This document shows, one piece after another, positions 18,996 to 28,444 of a stretch of DNA of 59,603 nt. The notes below the pieces were generated by a model. It ran no database searches and was not told the origin of the DNA. It was given only the letters and a program-made list of their open reading frames with translations. The stretch comes from Patescibacteria group bacterium (GTDB taxonomy: Bacteria > Patescibacteriota > Saccharimonadia > Saccharimonadales > CAYUUR01). The stretch lies in assembly GCA_052034685.1 (NCBI GenBank), contig JBPOIH010000007.1, forward strand, positions 79,249 through 138,851. The letters run 5' to 3'. Each line of letters starts with the position of its first letter. Positions within the stretch are counted from its first letter, which is position 1. The position numbers were made by a program, and so were the translations under genes.

Positions 18996-19643
18996 CTACT
19001 GGCTTATCGTCTGTGCGTTGGTTGGAATTTCAATAGTAACTGGCTTGTAAGTAAAGACAAGCTCACCACTGTCGCCGCCGTAGTTACCGGTTGCTTTCAT
19101 GATTCGCTTGGTTGATTGGTCAATATAGACTTTGCCGTTCGTTGTATCTTGCGTAACCTCCCAGACTTCACATGTCTGAGCACCACACGCTTCTGTGCCA
19201 ACATATTTTGCATTTTGTTTGAGGCTATTAATCTCATCAGCTGAATATTGGTATGTGTTAGGGTCAAAGCCGCTCGCGCTAGTGGTATCCATTTTATAGC
19301 AGGTTGAGCCTTGGCAGGAATAGTATGCATCCTTGGTCATGATAATTCTGATTTCTTTTCCGCTTTGTTGAGACGAAAACTCACTGTTTCCTTTGCCGTC
19401 ATACTTGAGCGATGCCGTAAACGTCTTACCGTCCTTTTGACTGGTCAAGGCTGCCTCATAACTTACACCAGTCATTGCAACAGGATTAAATGCAGCGGCT
19501 GTTTGAGACTGTGTTTGTGTATCCTGTGATACAGCTGGTGCTGCTGACTTGTTATTGCTATCTTTGTTCATGGCAAGATATGCTCCGCCGCCTAGTACGA
19601 CCACAGCAATAACCGCCAGTGCTATTATGATTGATTTCTTCAT
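18996..19643 (-). CDS. Secreted or membrane-anchored hypothetical protein
   Basis: N-terminal signal/anchor MKKSIIIALAVIAVVVLGGGAYLA, followed by a Ser/Thr/Gln-rich linker. Confidence 0.6.
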   Translation of the reverse strand: MKKSIIIALAVIAVVVLGGGAYLAMNKDSNNKSAAPAVSQDTQTQSQTAAAFNPVAMTGVSYEAALTSQKDGKTFTASLKYDGKGNSEFSSQQSGKEIRIIMTKDAYYSCQGSTCYKMDTTSASGFDPNTYQYSADEINSLKQNAKYVGTEACGAQTCEVWEVTQDTTNGKVYIDQSTKRIMKATGNYGGDSGELVFTYKPVTIEIPTNAQTISQ

Positions 19644-19696
19644 CTCATCTCTCCTCGTTATAACCCTATCCTACGCCACTGCTGAATAAGATTCAA

Positions 19697-20380
19697 TCAG
19701 TCGCGGGCAAAGGGCGAGAAGTTCGTATTGCGGTCATAGACGTCGGCGCCTTCTGCTTTCTTGAGATACCCAACAACGACGTACGTAACTGGCGTACACA
19801 CTATTTCTACTGCAATTTTAATACCATACACTGTGGCAACGAGCCGTAAAAGTTCGCTACTTGTCAGCATGCCACCAAATGCAATTACACTAAAGACGAT
19901 CGTATCTAACGCCGAACCAACGACCGTTGAAGTAATCGTTCGTAGCCATAGAAGTTTGCCAGCAGTACGCACTTTTAGCTTTGCCAGGACAAAAGAGTTC
20001 GCAAACTCACCCACAATATAGCCACAAAGACTGGCGAGAGCTATGCGCGGCACAAAGCCAAGGATTGATTCGTATGCTGCTTGATTCTCCCACCCAGATG
20101 CCGCCGGCAATGCTTGCACCAGTAGCAACGTTACACTGAGGACGAGCAGGCTATAAAAACCCAACCAGATAGTCCGACGTGCTCGCTTATAGCCGTACAC
20201 TTCTGTCAGGACGTCACCAATAATATATGCGAACGGGAACAAGATCGTACCGGCATCGAACAACAACGGACCTGATCCAATGAGCTTTGTAGATACAATG
20301 TTTGAGACAATCAATACCGTCACAAACATGGCGACGATTACGTCATAGTACTTGAAAGACTTGGCAGAAACGGCAGTCAT
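19697..20380 (-). CDS. yhhQ: Queuosine-precursor transporter family (YhhQ/DUF165)
   Basis: FPFAYIIGDVLTEVYGYKRARR is the characteristic YhhQ block. Polytopic. Confidence 0.7.
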   Translation of the reverse strand: MTAVSAKSFKYYDVIVAMFVTVLIVSNIVSTKLIGSGPLLFDAGTILFPFAYIIGDVLTEVYGYKRARRTIWLGFYSLLVLSVTLLLVQALPAASGWENQAAYESILGFVPRIALASLCGYIVGEFANSFVLAKLKVRTAGKLLWLRTITSTVVGSALDTIVFSVIAFGGMLTSSELLRLVATVYGIKIAVEIVCTPVTYVVVGYLKKAEGADVYDRNTNFSPFARD

Positions 20381-21669
20381 TACTCGTAACGAAGCGCTTC
20401 AATTGGATCAAGCCGCGCCGCACGACGCGCTGGCAGCGTTGCCGCTAAGAAAGCAATAGCCATAATGAGCAGAATAATCGGAAGCATCGACATGAATGGG
20501 AATGAAAAGAGCTCAAGACCGTCAAAATCCTTGAACAATGTGTCGGCAGCAATACTACTCCCAATGCGACCTATAATGTTTGCAGCGCCAAGTGCAATAA
20601 TTGCTCCCCAGAAACCAATCAGAATCGCCTCAAGACTGAACAGCAGAAAGATCTTGCCTCGTCCCATACCGAGTGCTTTCATGAGGCCGATCTCTCTGGT
20701 CCGTTCTTGTACTGCCATGAGTAAAGTATTGACGATACCAAAGCTCGCAGCAGCGAGCGCAATACCGGCGAAGATATTCAAAAAGGTTGTAATGCCGTCA
20801 ATAACGCTCGTGATAATTCCCAGCTGGTCGTCCAAAGTCGAAGCACTATATCCCTGTTCGGCTAATCGATCCTTAAGGGACTGTAGCTCTGCTTCTGGCT
20901 TCGATGCGTCAAACTTTCCAACGACATACGGGTACTGCTCACGTTGAAAATCAGGTACACCAACTGTTGCTTTGTCAAAAGCTGTCTTCATGAACGCGTC
21001 GTTTACATTCGCAGCGTTGCCTTGTATGAGTGTTTTTTCCTGAACACCAACAATCGTAACAGGCACAGTGAATGGGCTGCCCTGACTATCTTTGAAGCCC
21101 ATTTCTATGGTCTCGCCAACCGCATCTTGGTCATCACTAAAGTTAAGGATCGACACAAATGATGGCGGGAGTGTAACTTCGTGTTTGTCAGAATTGTTCT
21201 GAACGAGTCGCCCCGCACGAAGAGGTTGGTTCAAGCCATCAACGGCCTGACCCACGGTAACCTGAAACTTCTTTGCACCATCACGGGTAAGATAGTCAGG
21301 CACGACAGGATAAAATAACTGCACGCTCTTGATTCCTTCTGTTGCCTCAATCTTTGCAACATCTACAGAACTCAGTGTTGGTGGATTAGTAAAGTCTGCG
21401 CTGGCCTGTTTCTTGCTTGGGTCATATTCTTTAGGGTCGTCGTTACTAACTGGCCCTCCGCCCTCAGTTTTTACACTAATGATTAAGGCATCTTTTGCCC
21501 CTACTGCAGAAACTTGTTCGTCAACGTACGTTTTAAGACCCTGGCCAACACCAGTGGTGAGCATGAGAGTGAGTGCTCCCATGAAAACTGCGCCAACAGT
21601 CAGAATCGTGCGGAGCTTGCTTTTACGTAAGTTGGAGTTAGCAGTACGGATGACATCGCGATAGTTCAT
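20380..21669 (-). CDS. MacB/FtsX-type ABC permease
   Basis: N-terminal TM, large periplasmic domain and a C-terminal FtsX domain (ERTREIGLMKALG, LDPIEALRYE). Confidence 0.85.
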   Translation of the reverse strand: MNYRDVIRTANSNLRKSKLRTILTVGAVFMGALTLMLTTGVGQGLKTYVDEQVSAVGAKDALIISVKTEGGGPVSNDDPKEYDPSKKQASADFTNPPTLSSVDVAKIEATEGIKSVQLFYPVVPDYLTRDGAKKFQVTVGQAVDGLNQPLRAGRLVQNNSDKHEVTLPPSFVSILNFSDDQDAVGETIEMGFKDSQGSPFTVPVTIVGVQEKTLIQGNAANVNDAFMKTAFDKATVGVPDFQREQYPYVVGKFDASKPEAELQSLKDRLAEQGYSASTLDDQLGIITSVIDGITTFLNIFAGIALAAASFGIVNTLLMAVQERTREIGLMKALGMGRGKIFLLFSLEAILIGFWGAIIALGAANIIGRIGSSIAADTLFKDFDGLELFSFPFMSMLPIILLIMAIAFLAATLPARRAARLDPIEALRYE

Positions 21670-22355
21670 GACTTACCACCTTTCGCGACAATCTTGCCAT
21701 CTTTGATGTGGACTTGTCGATCGCAACGTTTGGCAAGGTCTTCGTCATGTGTCACAAATATGAGCGTAATGCCTTTTTGCTTGTTGAGTTTAAAAAGCAA
21801 GTCCTCGATCTTTTGTCCGGTTGAGCTATCTAAGTTACCCGTCGGCTCATCCGCAAAGATAACTTTAGGATTGTTGACCAAAGCACGAGCGATAACGACG
21901 CGCTGCTTCTGGCCGCCGCTTAAATCCGAGGCCTTGTTCTTCACCTTATCAGCAAGATCTACCGACTTCAGCACCTCAAGTGCCTGAGCTTTACGCTTGC
22001 GCGGTGACACGCCGGCAATTTTGAGAGGCAATAGCACATTATTGAGGACAGATTCGTCACTATTTAGGAAGAACTGCTGGAATACAAAGCCAAATTCACT
22101 GTTACGAAGTGCATCCACTTGCTTACGCTTGAGGGTGCTCGCATCTATGCCGTTTATCGTAATTGAACCTTTTGTTGGTGAATCTAATAACGCGAGAAGA
22201 TGCATGAGGGTGGATTTACCGGAGCCGCTTTTGCCAATTACCGCGATAGTTTCACCTTCGTTAATTGTGAGGTCAATGCCTTTCAGCGCGGTAAACGCAG
22301 CTTCGCCTTTACCGTAGGTTTTCGATAGTTTCTTGGTCTGTAATAATGTGTTCAT
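21666..22355 (-). CDS. MacB/LolD-type ABC ATPase
   Basis: GKSGSGKST, LSGGQKQR and [11 protein letters not shown] motifs. 4-nt overlap with the permease gene. Confidence 0.9.
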   Translation of the reverse strand: MNTLLQTKKLSKTYGKGEAAFTALKGIDLTINEGETIAVIGKSGSGKSTLMHLLALLDSPTKGSITINGIDASTLKRKQVDALRNSEFGFVFQQFFLNSDESVLNNVLLPLKIAGVSPRKRKAQALEVLKSVDLADKVKNKASDLSGGQKQRVVIARALVNNPKVIFADEPTGNLDSSTGQKIEDLLFKLNKQKGITLIFVTHDEDLAKRCDRQVHIKDGKIVAKGGKS

Positions 22356-22376
22356 GTAGGTATTAGCATAGCATGG

Positions 22377-24869
22377 TTAGCTTCGCTCGACACCTTGCTC
22401 GGCAAGATTCTTGCAGACAGTATCAAGAATGCCGTTGACTTCTTCTGTTGTGAGCGTGCGCTCAAAATGGGTTAGGCGAATTCGATAGGTAGTATGTGTT
22501 TTTGCTTGTTCTTCCTTGCGGTAAATGTTGCGTGGTTCAAGACTCCATTCATAGCCACGCTCTACGGCAAGTGGCTCAATAGTTGCAGTCAGTACTTTCG
22601 TCAAATCAGCATAGCTGAGTTCGGAAGTAAACGTCATGTCTTGCTCGGTTGATGGAAAGCGTGACAACTGCACAAAACCGCGACTCTGCGGTGTTGCCTG
22701 CTGCAACTCATCTAGTCCAAGTTCAAAGCCAGCGCTATGAACCGGTAATTTGAAACCTTGGCGCGTTTCTGCTTTAAACTCGCCAACCACACCAATGATT
22801 TCTTTGCTGCCCGCTACACCAACCAGCGCTGATCGCGTCAGGTCAAACGGTTGCGTTACAGGATAATCAAGATCTTTTGTAATTGGTTGGTACGTGAAGG
22901 TCACGCCGAGCTGATCGCTCAAAAAATCTAAGTATTGCTTGGCCTGATAGAAAGCCGCACCAGGCAAGGTTTTTGCAGCCTTATCGGTAACCGACAGCAC
23001 CATGCTTAGTACTTCAAACTCTTTTGGCACAGGTTCCTTGCCGTCACTGCTGTGGGCCTTCTGGTGGACTTTATTCATCTCATACACAGCCATGGCGTCA
23101 ATGCCAGTCTTATGATTTTGATGGACCTTATCAAGCAGGCTCGGCGTCAGACTGAGCCGGTAGTACTGCAAGTCAGGACTCAGCGCGTTGCTTAAACGGA
23201 AGGCTTCTTTAGGGTTTTGCCCTGCTTTTGTGAGCAAGTTACTGTGAACAAAGCTGTAGGTCAGCAACTCATTCGCGCCAGCCCGAGCCATGATACTTCT
23301 CAGGTTCTGCTTATAGCTAAACCGCGCGTTGTTCGGAGCTGGTGTTAGGTCGCGCAGCGGCAAGGCCTGCGGCAAATTATCGTAGCCGATCAAACGACCA
23401 ACCTCTTCAACAATGTCTTCTGGGATAGCAATATCGGTCCGCCAAAACGGCGCAGTGATGGCCAACATCTCGTCCTTGCCTGAAACTTCAAACTCAACAT
23501 TTGATAGGAGTGTAGCGATGCGGTTCTTTGGTAGGGCAATACCTAGACGTTCTTCTATAAATCTTGGCCCAACTTTTACTGTGCTTGGCACGGGCAACTT
23601 GGCAGACTTGTCGTACGTTTCGCCCGCTATAACGCCCTTAGCTACATCGGAAATCATCTGGGCTGCATAGTTTAAGACATATTCATTCTGGAGCGGACTC
23701 TGGCCTTTATTAAAGCGCGTTACGGCGTCTGTAAATAACCCGTAGTGCATGCTTGTGCGTCTTATGTTGTACATGTCAAAGCTCGCGCATTCCAATATGA
23801 CATTCTTAGTTGATGCGTCAACTTCTGTCTCGGCACCGCCCATTACGCCACCGACAGCAATCGGATATTGATCAGTGGCAATCATGACTGCAGGCGCTTC
23901 AAACTTAACTGTCTTGCCATTAAGTAGCTCTAGCTCATCACCCTTCTCGGCTTCACGCACTACAATAACTGGCTGTCCTGAGCTGAGTTTCTTAACCTTG
24001 TCATAATCATAGGCGTGTAGTGGCTGCGCGGTGAGAATCATGCTCAGATTAGTAACGTCGACAATGTTGTTGATTGGCTTAAGGCCAACACGAGTGAGGA
24101 AACTCTGCACGGCAATAGACGATGGCGCAACTTGCACATCAGCAATCGGCACCATCATAAAGCGCGATACGAGGTCAGTAGCTTTGTTAACAACTGTTAA
24201 CGGCAGTTTCTTGGCCGGGGCTCCGAGCTTGAGCGCATGCAAGTACCAGTCTGGTGAGCGGAACTCAATATCTTGAATCCCAGCAATCTCGCGAGCTACG
24301 CCAAGGATGCCAAAGCAATCAGGGCGATGCGTAAACATCTTGTTTTCTATATCAATAATCACGTCGTCAAGTTGATAGACCTCACTCAAGCTTTTGCCTG
24401 GTAAGCAATCAACGTCAACTTCCATTATGCCTTCGTGGTCATCATTGATGGCTAGTTCTTTACCGCTGGCTAACATACCGTTGCTCACAACCCCGCGAAT
24501 CTCTCGGGCTTCCAGGCGGAACTGATCTGTTTCCCAGGTACTCGGCACCACATTGCCCGGTGGAATCCACGCAACCAACATACCCTCACGGACATTTGGC
24601 GCACCACAGACTACCTGTACAAGCCCGTCTGCGTCACGTTCGATATCTTTGCGTACTCCAGCATCATCGATCTTACACACATTAAGTTTGTCGGCATTGG
24701 CATGCTTCTTGATGCTCACAATCTTGGCAACTACAATGCCTTCGTATCGTTCGCCTAGTGCCACAACTTCTTCAACGGCACCAAGCTGTGCACCAATCTT
24801 TGTCACCAGCTCATCAGTCGAGCACTTGATATTAGTAAACTGCTTAATCCAATTAATACTTACTTTCAT
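22377..24869 (-). CDS. pheT: Phenylalanine--tRNA ligase beta subunit
   Basis: 830 aa. The tRNA-binding N-terminal domain (KHANADKLNVCKID), B3/4 and B5 regions are recognisable. 4-nt overlap with pheS. Confidence 0.9.
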   Translation of the reverse strand: MKVSINWIKQFTNIKCSTDELVTKIGAQLGAVEEVVALGERYEGIVVAKIVSIKKHANADKLNVCKIDDAGVRKDIERDADGLVQVVCGAPNVREGMLVAWIPPGNVVPSTWETDQFRLEAREIRGVVSNGMLASGKELAINDDHEGIMEVDVDCLPGKSLSEVYQLDDVIIDIENKMFTHRPDCFGILGVAREIAGIQDIEFRSPDWYLHALKLGAPAKKLPLTVVNKATDLVSRFMMVPIADVQVAPSSIAVQSFLTRVGLKPINNIVDVTNLSMILTAQPLHAYDYDKVKKLSSGQPVIVVREAEKGDELELLNGKTVKFEAPAVMIATDQYPIAVGGVMGGAETEVDASTKNVILECASFDMYNIRRTSMHYGLFTDAVTRFNKGQSPLQNEYVLNYAAQMISDVAKGVIAGETYDKSAKLPVPSTVKVGPRFIEERLGIALPKNRIATLLSNVEFEVSGKDEMLAITAPFWRTDIAIPEDIVEEVGRLIGYDNLPQALPLRDLTPAPNNARFSYKQNLRSIMARAGANELLTYSFVHSNLLTKAGQNPKEAFRLSNALSPDLQYYRLSLTPSLLDKVHQNHKTGIDAMAVYEMNKVHQKAHSSDGKEPVPKEFEVLSMVLSVTDKAAKTLPGAAFYQAKQYLDFLSDQLGVTFTYQPITKDLDYPVTQPFDLTRSALVGVAGSKEIIGVVGEFKAETRQGFKLPVHSAGFELGLDELQQATPQSRGFVQLSRFPSTEQDMTFTSELSYADLTKVLTATIEPLAVERGYEWSLEPRNIYRKEEQAKTHTTYRIRLTHFERTLTTEEVNGILDTVCKNLAEQGVERS

Positions 24870-25900
24870 TTGAACTGCCTTAGGAATTTTAGGTTTCCGC
24901 TGTGGAAATAACGCACATCGTCTATGTCGTACTTCATCATAACCAAACGGTCCAGCCCGAGACCTCCCGCAAAGCCGGTGTAGATTTCTGGGTCGATGCC
25001 GGCCATCTTAAGTACATTCGGGTTAACCATGCCCATGCCCAGTAGCTCAATCCAGCCTTCGCCGCAAACCTTACAGCCTGCTTTATCGCAGAATGGGCAT
25101 GATATGGCCAGCTCAAAGCTTGGCTCGGTAAATGGAAAGTAGAATGGCTGGCTTTTGACTTCAATGTCTTTTTCGTAGTACTCAGACAAGAAGGTGCGAA
25201 ATGTTGCTACCAAATTGCCAACGTTAATACCTTTGCCAACGTACATAAGCTCTACCTGATAGAAAGTGTGTTCGTGACGAGCGTCAACGTCTTCGTTCCG
25301 AAAGGTTCGACCTACATAAACATTGGCGATTGGTTTGCCCGCTTCAAGTAGTGGCTTGCCAGCTTTCAGCACGCGGTTTTGCATGGTGCTGACATGCGCC
25401 GGAGCAATCAGACCTTCTTCGGTCATAAAGGTATCGTAATCATCACGTGCTGGATGGCCTTCCGGAAAGTTCAAAGAATCAAACATATGGTAGGCGTCGT
25501 CTATCTGACGTGATTCTACTGGGGCAAAACCCATGCGCTGAAAGATACCTACTACCTTGTCGAGTTCGCGCATTAACGGATGAACGGAGCCGTTTTGAGC
25601 CGGAAGTAACCCAGGTTGAGTGTCAGTTCTTACGTTAACGTCAAAAGGTGCCGTTACATCAATAGGCGCAAGACTGGAGACAGAGGACTGGAGATTGGAG
25701 ACGAGGCCCTCAAGCTCTGTTTTTAGGGCATTGATTTCTTTGCCAAATGCACCGCGTTCCTTAGCGTCAAGTGTTGGGATCTCAGCATACAAACTTTTTA
25801 GTAGCGGCGAACGCAACACACTCTGTGGCTCGTCAGCTTTTTTAATCTCCGCCTTTAGCTTTTCGGCAACATCAGCAATCTTCTTGTTTGTATAGCTCAT
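24866..25900 (-). CDS. pheS: Phenylalanine--tRNA ligase alpha subunit
   Basis: Class II motifs FPEGHPARD, GRTFRNE and GFAGGLGLDRL. Confidence 0.95.
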   Translation of the reverse strand: MSYTNKKIADVAEKLKAEIKKADEPQSVLRSPLLKSLYAEIPTLDAKERGAFGKEINALKTELEGLVSNLQSSVSSLAPIDVTAPFDVNVRTDTQPGLLPAQNGSVHPLMRELDKVVGIFQRMGFAPVESRQIDDAYHMFDSLNFPEGHPARDDYDTFMTEEGLIAPAHVSTMQNRVLKAGKPLLEAGKPIANVYVGRTFRNEDVDARHEHTFYQVELMYVGKGINVGNLVATFRTFLSEYYEKDIEVKSQPFYFPFTEPSFELAISCPFCDKAGCKVCGEGWIELLGMGMVNPNVLKMAGIDPEIYTGFAGGLGLDRLVMMKYDIDDVRYFHSGNLKFLRQFK

Positions 25901-25937
25901 ATTTAGCTCATTATACCAGCTATGCTACTCTGGTGGT

Positions 25938-26483
25938 ATGGCTTTAAGCATAGAGATTCATAAACCACCGATCGCTGTAGATATTCCAGATAATGAACTA
26001 CAGATTTTTCTTGCAGGCCCGATACAAGGCGCCCCTGATTGGCAACAGCAGGCTACTGATATGTTGGCAGATCAGCTTAAGCACGAAGACGCCACAATTC
26101 ATATAGCAAACCCTCGCCGCGATGTGTTTAGCCAAGAGGACTTTGATTACGATGCATATAAAGAACAGGTCGGCTGGGAAAAGATAAACATCAAACGCGC
26201 CGCACGACTTGGCGCCGTCCTCTTTTGGTTCGCTGCAGAGTCTTCTGAAGCATCTGCACCAAACCGCCCAGGCCGGCAATACGCCAAAACAACCATCAAA
26301 GAACTGCACCGCGCCGTTGGTTGGAAGGATTATGACGCAGGCATGAACTTAGTAGTCGGCATCGAGCCCGGATTTAATGAGCGCTTGCGCTATGACCGTT
26401 TATGTATTGAGGAGTTTGCATTGCCGGTTCATACAAGCCTTGCGGATGTTGTTGGCGCAACCATAAAGTCACTAAGTAAATAA
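25938..26483 (+). CDS. Nucleoside 2-deoxyribosyltransferase-like protein
   Basis: IFLAGPIQGAPDWQ, NPRR and WEKINIKRAARLGAVLFWF resemble the Nuc_deoxyri_tr2-type pattern as I remember it. Confidence 0.5.
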   Translation: MALSIEIHKPPIAVDIPDNELQIFLAGPIQGAPDWQQQATDMLADQLKHEDATIHIANPRRDVFSQEDFDYDAYKEQVGWEKINIKRAARLGAVLFWFAAESSEASAPNRPGRQYAKTTIKELHRAVGWKDYDAGMNLVVGIEPGFNERLRYDRLCIEEFALPVHTSLADVVGATIKSLSK

Positions 26484-26495
26484 CAGGAGTTATAT

Positions 26496-26993
26496 ATGGC
26501 ACAGTTTAGTTTTGACATTGTAAGTGATTACGACAAAGCAGAGATGAATAACGTTTTTGACCAAACGCAGCGCGAAATTACAGCGCGTTACGACTTTAAA
26601 GGCACGCCTGCAGCGATTGATTGGCTTAACGCCGAGAAAACAGGCTTCAAGATAACAGGCAACAGCGATTACCAGATAGATGCAATTCTCGACATCGTAC
26701 GCAAAAAACTTGCCACGCGTGAACAGAGCCAAAAAGTCCTCGACACCACCAAAGAAGCTTCCACCAGTAACATGCAAACCACCAAAGAAGTACCGTTCCT
26801 GCAAGGGCTCGATCAAGAAAAAGCCAAGAAAATCACCAAGCTGATCCGTGACGAACTACCCAAGGTCAAGACTCAGATCCAAGGCACCGAAGTCCGCGTG
26901 ACCAGTGGCAGCAAGGACGACCTCCAGACCGTCATGCAACTGCTCCGCAGTAAGGACTTCGACTTCCCTCTCAGCTTCACCAACTTCCGCTAG
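26496..26993 (+). CDS. yajQ: YajQ-family nucleotide-binding protein (UPF0234)
   Basis: FSFDIVSDYDKAEMNNVFDQTQREITARYDFKG is a near-canonical YajQ N-terminus. Confidence 0.85.
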   Translation: MAQFSFDIVSDYDKAEMNNVFDQTQREITARYDFKGTPAAIDWLNAEKTGFKITGNSDYQIDAILDIVRKKLATREQSQKVLDTTKEASTSNMQTTKEVPFLQGLDQEKAKKITKLIRDELPKVKTQIQGTEVRVTSGSKDDLQTVMQLLRSKDFDFPLSFTNFR

Positions 26994-27030
26994 TGTAGCT
27001 AATAAAATATGGTCTGGTATACTTTCTGCT

Positions 27031-28440
27031 ATGCACCAACAGGCTCTGAACTACGAGAGAATTAAAGCTCAAGCACGTCACCAGTTAGAACAGAACTGGA
27101 CGGGCGAGTACTACGCGCCGCACCTTGACGGCGCATTCCCTGACAACTTCCTGTGGGATACCTGCTTTGTGGCTATGGGGCTGGCTGAAGATGAGCCAAT
27201 GATAGCAGCAACGCAAATGGTTCAGTTAATGCGCTACCAGTGGCCAAATGGCATGATCGCCAACCAGAACGTTGACACAGAACGGAGCGGCACAATTATT
27301 GAACGCCTAAACTTCCGAACAGACAAAAGCCCTGAAGCACCTGAGAAGCAACCTACCAGCGGCTTTTCTCAACCACCTATGATTGCAGAGGCAACCTGGA
27401 CCGTAGCACAAGCGCTGCCCGCGCCAGAGAGACAGCGCTTCTTGGACGTCATGCTGCCAGGGATTATCTCGTACCATCAGTGGCTGTTCGACGAGCGTGA
27501 CATCAACGGCGACGGCTTACTGACACAAATCCATCCGTACGAAACAGGAATGGATAACACGCCGCCGTACGAATGGCTGGTGATGGATAGCAGGTCAAGG
27601 TCCGAACGCTTGCTAACAAGCCGGGTTATGATGGGAGTATTTGGCCCTGCCCTTGGTGCTCTAAGACGTGACTTTAAGCATGCCGACCCGGAACACCGCA
27701 TGCACAACGCTTCAGTTGCACAGTATCAACTACTCATCCGCAAACTAGCCCGTCACAGATACGACATCAATAGCATTACTGCTGACCGATCAATTCCAAT
27801 CGTAGAGGATGTAACGTTCAACAGCATCTTTATGCGGGCAAACGCGCGCTTGATAGAGCTTGCGGGCATGTCCAACCAAGAACTACCGACGCAACTGCAA
27901 CAGAATATTGCACGGCAACGCACAGCACTTGATAATCTTTGGGATCCGAATCTAAAATCATACTTTAGCCGTAACGCCCGCACCAAAGAACTCATAAAGA
28001 TCAAGACTATCGGTTCGCTCATGCCACTATATGCGACTACGCTTGAGCCAGAACGCCGAGACCACCTCGTTGACGACCTAATCGACCCCCGACAATTCTG
28101 GACACGTTACCCCGTACCAAGCGTACCGTGTAAACCTGCCTTTGATGCAAAGGCACGTCCACTTCACGACCCAAACAGGTATTGGGGCGGAGCTTCTTGG
28201 CTTTGGATGAACGGTCTATTAACAGATGGCCTGGAACGCAACAATGAGCCAGAGATCGCTCGCACACTCCGCCAAAAATCTCTCAGAATGTTTGCACATA
28301 CCGCCAGAAAACAGCAAAAAGGCGCATCCGAATACTACAACCCCCACACTGGCGAAGGCATTGGCGTATTCCCCTTTAGTGCAGCCGCCGCCTGGATAAT
28401 GCGTTTTGCAGACATAGAATTAGCAAAAGCGCTATACTAG
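27031..28440 (+). CDS. GH63-like (alpha/alpha)6 glycoside hydrolase (MGH1 / glucosylglycerate-hydrolase-like)
   Basis: LWDTCF, QWPNGMI, SQPPM and HPYETGMDNTPPY motifs. Start at ATG 27031; the ORF-track extension overlaps yajQ. Confidence 0.7.
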   Translation: MHQQALNYERIKAQARHQLEQNWTGEYYAPHLDGAFPDNFLWDTCFVAMGLAEDEPMIAATQMVQLMRYQWPNGMIANQNVDTERSGTIIERLNFRTDKSPEAPEKQPTSGFSQPPMIAEATWTVAQALPAPERQRFLDVMLPGIISYHQWLFDERDINGDGLLTQIHPYETGMDNTPPYEWLVMDSRSRSERLLTSRVMMGVFGPALGALRRDFKHADPEHRMHNASVAQYQLLIRKLARHRYDINSITADRSIPIVEDVTFNSIFMRANARLIELAGMSNQELPTQLQQNIARQRTALDNLWDPNLKSYFSRNARTKELIKIKTIGSLMPLYATTLEPERRDHLVDDLIDPRQFWTRYPVPSVPCKPAFDAKARPLHDPNRYWGGASWLWMNGLLTDGLERNNEPEIARTLRQKSLRMFAHTARKQQKGASEYYNPHTGEGIGVFPFSAAAAWIMRFADIELAKALY

Positions 28441-28444
28441 TTCT

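Noticed and set aside
25683-25694. 12-nt identity GAGGACTGGAGA shared by pheS (25683-25694) and metK (48678-48689). Both encode LQSSV on the minus strand.
   Set aside because: The match is too short and lies in variable linker regions of unrelated enzymes, so it is most simply chance. There is no flanking similarity.
26490-26816. 108-aa minus-strand ORF.
   Set aside because: It is antisense to yajQ, which has a near-canonical family N-terminus.
26905-27030. N-terminal extension of the first GH63-like ORF (ORF-track start 26905).
   Set aside because: The extension overlaps the 3' end of yajQ in another frame and is Ser/Thr/Ala low-complexity. The paralog alignment supports ATG 27031.
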